Shown: piece after piece, positions 54,001 to 57,727 of the stretch
Layout: every line of letters starts with the position of its first letter
Position numbering within the stretch: position 1 is the first letter of the stretch
NCBI GenBank assembly: GCA_905178155.1
Contig: CAJINV010000015.1
Coordinates: forward strand, 205,074 to 269,073
Source of the DNA: Amoebophrya sp. A120
Taxonomy: Eukaryota; Protista; Dinoflagellata
Reading direction: 5' to 3'
Length of the DNA stretch: 64,000 nucleotides
Notes under the pieces: generated by a model
Seen by the model: the letters and a program-made list of their open reading frames with translations, nothing else
Told to the model about the DNA's origin: nothing
The model's database searches: none
Program-made: the position numbers and the translations under genes

Positions 54001-55943
54001 TTTTTCATCTCTGCCCGCGAGGAAATTTCCTCTCTGTAGACGTTCAGCACCGCCTCCGCCCGTTCCGGGAAGGAGAAGGAGACCGCGGTTGGGGACGATG
54101 TGAACAACGAAGCATCTTCGGATGAAAGTTTCGTCGTGTCCGGCCGGGCGCGGCCCTCCTCCTCTTCTGCAGGTAGCTGCTGCAATAGCACGTAAAACGC
54201 CCGCAGGAGCTATCAAAATGAAAAAAGCCCCCACCCCATATCAAATGGGAAATCTGTGATGCAGGATTTGTGTACACAAATGCGCGCTGTCTTGCGCCGC
54301 GGCATCGCAACCAGATCCGCAGCCTACGGAGGGACACTTGGGTGTAGGTGCTTAGCATTGCAAACGGCTGTCCTCTAGGCCCAACAGCATGCCAAACCGC
54401 TTCCAGAATGGCGCGGAAGCCTCTGCGTTTGTCTTCTTGCAAGACAGACGTGATTTGTGGTCTCAAATCAGCAAGACAAATTTTCGAAAGCATGCCTTTT
54501 TGATATGGGGAGGGGGGATTTTTCCTCTCAATAGGAGCCGCTTCTCATTCGCCTGGTAGGTGGAGAAATCGTATGAACTGCAAAAGTATCGATCGTACTC
54601 GTATAAATGCATGACAAATTCCCTCGGCATGAGAAATAAAATTTGTAGTGCGGATTTACCTTGAGAAAAAAATTTGTAATGCATGATTGCAATACGAGTA
54701 CGATACTTTTGCACAGGATAAATCGACGAAATGGCGGGGTACATTTGTTCCGTCTCTGACTTCTTCTTTCCGATTGATTTTGATCCCATACTTCTCCAAT
54801 ATTTTGGTTTGATAGGTGCCGCGTTTAACATTTCTCGCCCCGTCGCGCACCAAAATCGTCCTTCGGTCGTAGAAGTTAAAGGGAAGCAAGGCCAGATTCA
54901 TCTGCTGTGGCTCCGTGACGCTGCTCTCCAGCCAGCATCGCGACTCGTCAAGAACTACCTGCGGCTTGCAGAAGACGCCGAGTTTGGTAGGAGTCCGATC
55001 GTTTATTTCTGCGGGGACGGATGCTGCGTCAGAAGCAGGAGATGCAGCAGGAACCAGTTGTCTCGAGAGGACCAGCGGATTCAGGGTTTTGCGAACAACA
55101 GAGTCAGCCCTTTGTTTATATTTTTCAACCAAGCTGCTGTGTGAAATGCTCTCGTCGTCGTGTGGCAGGAGCTTCTTATCCCCCATAAAAATCCCAATGT
55201 CTGCCGTATAGAGCGTCGCAACGATCTCAGCTTCGACTTTTCCTCCGCCGTTGAACTGCTTCAAATAATCGAAATAGTCCCGCAACTCGTCTACCGTCGG
55301 AGCTGGCCGCGCCGGAGCGAAAGTGCCCAAGTTTTGTCGTGCCTGAGCCACAGCAGCATTCAGCGTGGCGCCGGAAGCCGCGTTTTCGGTTTTCTGGATA
55401 ATTTTGTCCTCCACAAGGAGGAGTTTGTAGTTTTCGTAGTTTTTGAAATCTGGGCTGGATAGGAGCTTTTGCCAGAAATAATAGCCCTCGGAACTACGAC
55501 CCGAGCCCTCGGGACTACGAACGTCCTGTCCTTGACCTTGCGGGGACCTGGAAGAAGTTTCAATTTCCCGCACCAAGAAATAATACACCTGTTCCCGGAG
55601 AACTTCGTCGGTCAGCTGAGAAAGATCGCGAATCTTGACTCCAGCTTGACTCGGCGTCGTCGAGCTGCTGTGGTCTCTGGCAGCACTTCCGACAATGTTT
55701 TTGTTTTTCAAAAAGTATTCCACCCAAGCGCCGTTTTCCGTCAGCATCCTTTTCACTTTCCCCGGGGCGAAATCATTCAGCTGCTTCGCCAGGATCTTAA
55801 ACAATCCAGCTTGCTGCGGGAAGAGAAGTGCGGACTCGCTGTTAATCCGGGTTTTGTCAACCATCACATCGCGAACAATCACCTTCATCTCCCGTTCACA
55901 CCTCACCTCTACCAACGGATTTCTCTCGTTTTTGCCACCGGGA
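1..55943 (-). CDS. Giant multi-exon gene, partial at both ends: about 10,500 aa, with a SecA-like DEAD/helicase ATPase module, TPR-like repeat, coiled coils and Gly/Ala-rich hydrophobic segments
   Basis: The long minus-strand ORFs (e.g. 54656-55951, 49143-54191, 46415-47752, 28681-30057, 25776-26903, 20761-22005, 16417-17844, 6764-8416) join in one frame when each element plus one 5-bp DR and the GT-AG intron are removed. Frame followed by hand across every junction; about 31.56 kb of exon. Confidence 0.9.
53..334. mobile_element. Introner-like TIR element, family A (AAAAACGTCCCC)
   Basis: TIR; DR gaatc/gaatt; removal keeps frame. Confidence 0.9.
441..652. mobile_element. Introner-like TIR element, family B (AAAAAASTGT)
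   Basis: TIR; DR tctgt/tttgt. Confidence 0.9.
1021..1191. mobile_element. Introner-like TIR element, family C (CACAGAAAAAAGC)
   Basis: TIR; DR agcca. Confidence 0.9.
1246..1512. mobile_element. Introner-like TIR element, family D (TGTCTGGGTCTGGAA)
   Basis: TIR; DR tgctg. Confidence 0.9.
1570..1852. mobile_element. Introner-like element, family A
   Basis: TIR; DR ccgtc. Confidence 0.9.
1919..2169. mobile_element. Introner-like element, family D
   Basis: TIR; DR acggt. Confidence 0.9.
2281..2532. mobile_element. Introner-like element, family D
   Basis: TIR; DR ttcct. Confidence 0.9.
2567..2845. mobile_element. Introner-like element, family A
   Basis: TIR; DR aggtt. Confidence 0.9.
2891..3119. 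mobile_element. Introner-like element, family H (TATGACAGTGCACAACTCCCC)
   Basis: TIR; DR ctacc. Confidence 0.9.
3152..3413. mobile_element. Introner-like element, family D
   Basis: TIR; DR gcacg. Confidence 0.9.
3490..3819. mobile_element. Introner-like element, family E (AAAAATCCCCC..CCCCATAT)
   Basis: TIR; DR agttt. Confidence 0.9.
3899..4157. mobile_element. Introner-like element, family D
   Basis: TIR; DR ctcga. Confidence 0.9.
4214..4498. mobile_element. Introner-like element, family A
   Basis: TIR; DR gtcgt. Confidence 0.9.
4557..4717. mobile_element. Introner-like element, family F (AAAAGTATCGTAC)
   Basis: TIR; DR tggtg. Confidence 0.9.
4764..5086. mobile_element. Introner-like element, family E
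   Basis: TIR; DR tgctc. Confidence 0.9.
5195..5430. mobile_element. Introner-like element, family H
   Basis: TIR; DR tcatg. Confidence 0.9.
5760..6043. mobile_element. Introner-like element, family D
   Basis: TIR; DR gctgg/gttgg. Confidence 0.88.
6353..6611. mobile_element. Introner-like element, family D (right end GTA)
   Basis: TIR; DR cgtgg. Confidence 0.88.
6640..6789. mobile_element. Introner-like element, family F
   Basis: TIR; DR gactc. Confidence 0.9.
6790..8332 (-). CDS. Large exon of the giant gene (charged/coiled-coil, low complexity)
   Basis: Core of ORF 6764-8416 between two elements; frame continuous. Confidence 0.85.
8333..8597. mobile_element. Introner-like element, family D
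   Basis: TIR; DR aggtg. Confidence 0.9.
8781..8939. mobile_element. Introner-like element, family F
   Basis: TIR; DR gctcg. Confidence 0.88.
8985..9246. mobile_element. Introner-like element, family D
   Basis: TIR; DR gttga. Confidence 0.9.
9386..9662. mobile_element. Introner-like element, family D
   Basis: TIR; DR agtgg/agtgc. Confidence 0.88.
9715..9976. mobile_element. Introner-like element, family D
   Basis: TIR; DR tcccg. Confidence 0.9.
10144..10405. mobile_element. Introner-like element, family D
   Basis: TIR; DR agttg. Confidence 0.9.
10460..10614. mobile_element. Introner-like element, family F
   Basis: TIR; DR tttgc. Confidence 0.9.
10795..11116. mobile_element. Introner-like element, family E
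   Basis: TIR; DR ggcat. Confidence 0.9.
11169..11434. mobile_element. Introner-like element, family D
   Basis: TIR; DR ccttg/tcttg. Confidence 0.88.
11551..11946. mobile_element. Atypical singleton introner-like element containing a telomere-like palindrome
   Basis: TAT...ATA ends, inner IR AATATMATGTCC, DR aggaa; removal keeps frame. Confidence 0.82.
12308..12629. mobile_element. Introner-like element, family E (right end ACA)
   Basis: TIR; DR ctctg. Confidence 0.88.
13345..13600. mobile_element. Introner-like element, family D
   Basis: TIR; DR agttg. Confidence 0.9.
13947..14208. mobile_element. Introner-like element, family D
   Basis: TIR; DR gcgca. Confidence 0.9.
14295..14551. mobile_element. 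Introner-like element, family D
   Basis: TIR; DR acttc/actcc. Confidence 0.88.
14692..14945. mobile_element. Introner-like element, family D
   Basis: TIR; DR gagtt. Confidence 0.9.
15016..15279. mobile_element. Introner-like element, family D (left end TGT)
   Basis: TIR; DR gcctg. Confidence 0.88.
15332..15540. mobile_element. Introner-like element, family B
   Basis: TIR; DR gatgc. Confidence 0.9.
15909..16237. mobile_element. Introner-like element, family-D ends with divergent interior
   Basis: Degenerate TIR; DR cgtgc. Confidence 0.85.
16315..16464. mobile_element. Introner-like element, family F (left end CAT)
   Basis: TIR; DR ttgtg/ttgcg. Confidence 0.87.
16465..17896 (-). CDS. Large exon of the giant gene (coiled-coil)
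   Basis: Core of ORF 16417-17844; frame continuous. Confidence 0.85.
17897..18202. mobile_element. Introner-like element, family G (AAAAATGCCCCCACCCC)
   Basis: TIR; DR gaaag. Confidence 0.9.
18248..18509. mobile_element. Introner-like element, family D
   Basis: TIR; DR cgtca; near reverse complement of 3152-3413. Confidence 0.9.
18559..18820. mobile_element. Introner-like element, family D
   Basis: TIR; DR tgctg. Confidence 0.9.
19015..19225. mobile_element. Introner-like element, family B
   Basis: TIR; DR ggtcc/gatcc. Confidence 0.88.
19370..19524. mobile_element. Introner-like element, family F
   Basis: TIR; DR attag/attcg. Confidence 0.88.
19927..20237. mobile_element. Introner-like element, family E
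   Basis: TIR; DR agacg. Confidence 0.9.
20615..20893. mobile_element. Introner-like element, family A
   Basis: TIR; DR atggt. Confidence 0.9.
20894..22028 (-). CDS. Large exon of the giant gene
   Basis: Core of ORF 20761-22005; frame continuous. Confidence 0.85.
22029..22307. mobile_element. Introner-like element, family A
   Basis: TIR; DR gcggt. Confidence 0.9.
22575..22749. mobile_element. Introner-like element, family C
   Basis: TIR; DR tgccg. Confidence 0.9.
23412..23583. mobile_element. Introner-like element, family F
   Basis: TIR; DR tcggc/tcgtc. Confidence 0.88.
23641..23886. mobile_element. Introner-like element, family B
   Basis: TIR; DR aaatt/aaatg. Confidence 0.87.
23979..24245. 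mobile_element. Introner-like element, family D
   Basis: TIR; DR ttctc. Confidence 0.9.
24314..24565. mobile_element. Introner-like element, family D
   Basis: TIR; DR gcttc. Confidence 0.9.
24947..25115. mobile_element. Introner-like element, family F
   Basis: TIR; DR cgcaa. Confidence 0.9.
25597..25804. mobile_element. Introner-like element, family B
   Basis: TIR; DR tcagc. Confidence 0.9.
25805..26902 (-). CDS. Large exon of the giant gene with a TPR-like segment
   Basis: Core of ORF 25776-26903; MRHFESAIHLDATFAGPAYFGQAW resembles a TPR repeat. Confidence 0.82.
26903..27212. mobile_element. Introner-like element, family E
   Basis: TIR; DR tttca. Confidence 0.9.
27274..27526. mobile_element. 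Introner-like element, family D
   Basis: TIR; DR gcacc. Confidence 0.9.
27756..28034. mobile_element. Introner-like element, family A
   Basis: TIR; DR atacc. Confidence 0.9.
28309..28587. mobile_element. Introner-like element, family A
   Basis: TIR; DR gtacc. Confidence 0.9.
28637..28892. mobile_element. Introner-like element, family D
   Basis: TIR; DR tggtg. Confidence 0.9.
28893..30011 (-). CDS. Exon with SecA motif VI and the start of a Gly/Ala-rich hydrophobic region
   Basis: Core of ORF 28681-30057. Confidence 0.85.
30012..30164. mobile_element. Introner-like element, family F; splits the GGL/HV motif
   Basis: TIR; DR caaac. Confidence 0.92.
30229..30493. mobile_element. Introner-like element, family D; splits the ST/NLAGRGTD motif
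   Basis: TIR; DR ttgtg. Confidence 0.92.
31235..31486. mobile_element. Introner-like element, family D
   Basis: TIR; DR gtacg. Confidence 0.9.
31842..32013 (-). other. Canonical GT-AG spliceosomal intron, 172 bp
   Basis: Minus strand gattt|GTAGTAC...GTTATAG|gattgtg; no TIR; removal gives in-frame PPDLIVHVLDK. Confidence 0.75.
32677..32944. mobile_element. Introner-like element, family D
   Basis: TIR; DR tcgcg. Confidence 0.9.
32997..33285. mobile_element. Introner-like element, family A
   Basis: TIR; DR agcaa. Confidence 0.9.
33809..34020. mobile_element. Singleton introner-like element (AAAAAAGTTYGTCGC ends)
   Basis: TIR; DR catgt/tatgt; removal keeps frame. Confidence 0.85.
34322..34597. 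mobile_element. Introner-like element, family A
   Basis: TIR; DR aatgc. Confidence 0.9.
34854..35139. mobile_element. Introner-like element, family A
   Basis: TIR; DR tcggc. Confidence 0.9.
35278..35436. mobile_element. Introner-like element, family F
   Basis: TIR; DR tcacg. Confidence 0.9.
35542..35821. mobile_element. Introner-like element, family A
   Basis: TIR; DR atagc. Confidence 0.9.
36332..36597. mobile_element. Introner-like element, family D
   Basis: TIR; DR tcacc. Confidence 0.9.
37050..37333. mobile_element. Introner-like element, family A
   Basis: TIR; DR atttt. Confidence 0.9.
37386..37691. mobile_element. Introner-like element, family G
   Basis: TIR; DR caggc. Confidence 0.9.
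38077..39266. mobile_element. Introner-like element, family E, expanded by a nested insertion
   Basis: TIR; DR acaca; removal keeps frame. Confidence 0.88.
38312..39170. mobile_element. Nested non-autonomous DNA transposon (MITE-like)
   Basis: ~36-bp perfect TIR TTAGGGCGGAAAAATCGGCAAATAGCATCATTTTTG; 5-bp TSD cagtg; host family-E sequence resumes after it. Confidence 0.85.
39314..39576. mobile_element. Introner-like element, family D
   Basis: TIR; DR tgtta. Confidence 0.9.
40278..40541. mobile_element. Introner-like element, family D (left end GAT)
   Basis: TIR; DR tccac. Confidence 0.87.
41029..41292. mobile_element. Introner-like element, family D
   Basis: TIR; DR cgggg. Confidence 0.9.
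41575..41784. mobile_element. Introner-like element, family B
   Basis: TIR; DR cagga. Confidence 0.9.
41842..42103. mobile_element. Introner-like element, family D
   Basis: TIR; DR gacca. Confidence 0.9.
42917..43208. mobile_element. Introner-like element, family A
   Basis: TIR; DR gcacc. Confidence 0.9.
43277..43538. mobile_element. Introner-like element, family D
   Basis: TIR; DR cgtgt. Confidence 0.9.
43962..44170. mobile_element. Introner-like element, family B
   Basis: TIR; DR cttcc. Confidence 0.9.
44221..44429. mobile_element. Introner-like element, family B
   Basis: TIR; DR cgcaa/cgcag. Confidence 0.88.
44681..45289. mobile_element. Singleton foldback-type introner with long (~180 bp) imperfect inverted arms
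   Basis: TATGGCGATGTCAA...TTGACATCGCCATA ends; inner 29-bp perfect IR 44832-44860/45113-45141; DR cgggc; removal gives LVSPVGAVTT. Confidence 0.88.
46180..46419. mobile_element. Introner-like element, family H
   Basis: TIR; DR cgtgg. Confidence 0.88.
46420..47804 (-). CDS. Large exon of the giant gene
   Basis: Core of ORF 46415-47752; frame continuous. Confidence 0.85.
47805..48065. mobile_element. Introner-like element, family D
   Basis: TIR; DR ccgtc. Confidence 0.9.
48116..48377. mobile_element. Introner-like element, family D
   Basis: TIR; DR acacg. Confidence 0.9.
48559..48821. mobile_element. Introner-like element, family D
   Basis: TIR; DR accgt. Confidence 0.9.
49123..49427. mobile_element. 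Introner-like element, family G (reverse orientation to 17897 and 37386)
   Basis: TIR; degenerate DR aagcc/gaggc; removal of element+5 bp keeps frame. Confidence 0.85.
49428..54210 (-). CDS. Largest exon of the giant gene (4.8 kb, element-free)
   Basis: Core of ORF 49143-54191; in frame with both neighbouring exons. Confidence 0.88.
54211..54533. mobile_element. Introner-like element, family E
   Basis: TIR; DR ggagc. Confidence 0.9.
54572..54720. mobile_element. Introner-like element, family F
   Basis: TIR; DR aatcg. Confidence 0.9.
54721..55943 (-). CDS. Most 5' exon of the giant gene visible in the window
   Basis: Core of ORF 54656-55951; joins ...FVDFSTYQANEKRLLRAFYVLLQQ... Confidence 0.85.
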
Positions 55944-56396
55944 TATCCCACAGAAAAAAGCTAGAAGCGGGGCAGATTTGTAAAGTGCAAAAAAAGCCTT
56001 GGAGTTCTTTCCCCGACGGCATGCTAATTTCTCGCCACTCCGGTCCGGGGTGTCCGGCAAGTGGCGAGAAATTGCTGTGCCGTCGGGAAGACACCAAAAT
56101 CCCGAAGCAATGCCTTCTGCAACAACACAAGCCCTGATTTTGTTTTTCCGACGGTAGGCTAATTTCTCGCCACTCCGGTCCGGGGTGTCCGGCAAGTGGC
56201 GAGAAATTGCTGTGCCGTCGGGAAAACACCAAAATCCCGAAGCACCGCTTTCTGCAACAACACAAGCCCTGACATTGTTTTCCCGACGGTAGGCTAATTT
56301 CTCGCCACTCCGGTCCGGGGTGTCCGGCAAGTGGCGAGAAATTGCCGTGCCGTCGGGAAAACACCAAAATCCCGAAGCAATGCTTTCTGCAACAAC
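55944..56396. mobile_element. Left part of a family-C-like element, interrupted by the copia insertion; other end outside the window
   Basis: Starts TATCCCACAGAAAAAAGC like 1021 and 22575; left flank cggga. Confidence 0.78.
55994..56396. repeat. Tandem array of three 135-bp units, each with a ~75-nt hairpin
   Basis: AATTTCTCGCCACT at 56026, 56161, 56296; arms CCGACGG..AATTTCTCGCCACT / AGTGGCGAGAAATT..CCGTCGG. Confidence 0.92.
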
Positions 56397-56713
56397 TAGG
56401 AGTACAGGCGTAATAGTATACGAACAATCTTGATACGAATCAGGTACAGCCGCTATAGGCAAAGAAGTACTTTATGGTTGCTCAAATGACCGGTCACTGT
56501 GGTCATCGGTTTCTCATGGTGTTCGTGGTTCGTCGTAAAGCGTCTCCATTCCATTCACGGTCTAAATTCCAATCGTTCCAATTTCCAATCATCGTTTTTC
56601 CATCGTGATTTCATCCTGATTCTATTTTGGTTTTCATATGGAATTTTGTACCGATGTGCCTGATGATCGTGTTGATTCGTTATACTATTTAGATCTCGAG
56701 TGGTAGATCGACA
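56397..56713 (-). repeat. 3' LTR (part verifiable against the other copy; extends further right, inner end undetermined)
   Basis: Direct repeat of 63684-64000; I see 2 mismatches in 317 bp. Confidence 0.92.
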
Positions 56714-57727
56714 TCCACACCACCCAAGAAAAAAGAGAAAAATATACGAAGCATGTAAAGAAGGGTCTATATCATGCGAAGTAGATTCTATGCAAAACGA
56801 ATCAACACTAGTGACGTGCACTTTTAAGTTTCAAAATATTTGCGCTAGTATTTTGAATGTTTGTAAACCGGTCCTGTAGAGTGTAAATTGTGTTAAATTT
56901 CTATAAAAATGAAAGCTAAACCGCCTTACCTCGTCAACATACCGTCGCGAAGGGCTTCGTGACGTGCTCTTGACGCCAATGGGCGTCGAAATGAATAAAA
57001 GTAAAGCTTTTGCAAGTAAAAGTAGTGCTTTTTCTTGCATTGTAGTGCTGATTTGCTACAACTGTCAGGCGTGTCTAGGGTGTCACAGCCTTGCAGTTCG
57101 CTTGTCACGACTAAAATGCTTGGGAAAGGCTTGAAAATCATACAAGGAATTCTTGAAATAGCATGAGAAATCATACATCATAATCTTACATCATTCGGAA
57201 TTTGTCATGCTGTTTCTAAGTAAAAAAAAGTTAAAAATAATTACCGTCCACCCAAAATATCCTTTTTCTCTTTCACCGTAAATCCCATCTAAAATCCAAA
57301 CTGTAAATAAAATCCGTAATCCGTTTCCTCCTCTTTTCCATGCGGTTTCGCGGTTTGATATAAAACCCGTTTTCGTACTCCCATCGGTTTTCGAAGGTTA
57401 AATCGATGGTCTGTAGTGCTGTTTTCTGTGTTTTCGCCTGATTTTGTTCGGAAATCTTTCCAAATCTTACAAATCAGCCTAAAACTCGGCATCTTTAGTT
57501 GTAGTTTTTAGTTCTATTCCCACTGGGATCGTCAACATACTGTCACGAAGCTCTTCGTGACGTGATTGTGACGATGCAAGCCTGTGAAGAATCAAAAAGC
57601 AAAAATATGTCTTCAAGATTTCTAATATAAATCATACATGTACAGCCTGCGAAGACATGTTTTTCTTTTTGTAAAACAATAACGAAAGTTCGTCCGTGCC
57701 GACTAGATATCACTCACAAAACTCGCA

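Noticed and set aside
53-54720. CRISPR-like repeat/spacer alternation
   Set aside because: Repeats are 150-330 bp TIR elements of several families; the spacers are in-frame exons; no cas genes
1-55943. Several separate genes, or a transposon-riddled pseudogene
   Set aside because: Frame is continuous across all junctions, and I found no stop in the exons read
6968-56137. Long plus-strand ORFs (e.g. 6968-7840, 28778-29626, 50175-51125, 51204-52181)
   Set aside because: Antisense shadows of minus-strand exons, with no recognisable motifs
55994-56396. Hammerhead ribozyme or tRNA in the hairpin units
   Set aside because: No CUGANGA/GAAA core or cloverleaf seen on either strand
55896-56462. Repetitive ORFs 55896-56462 and 55909-56427
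   Set aside because: Translations of the 135-bp tandem hairpin array
57255-57345. Polypurine tract and inner LTR boundary
   Set aside because: Two candidate pyrimidine runs on the plus strand (~57261 and ~57324); cannot choose without the rest of the 5' LTR
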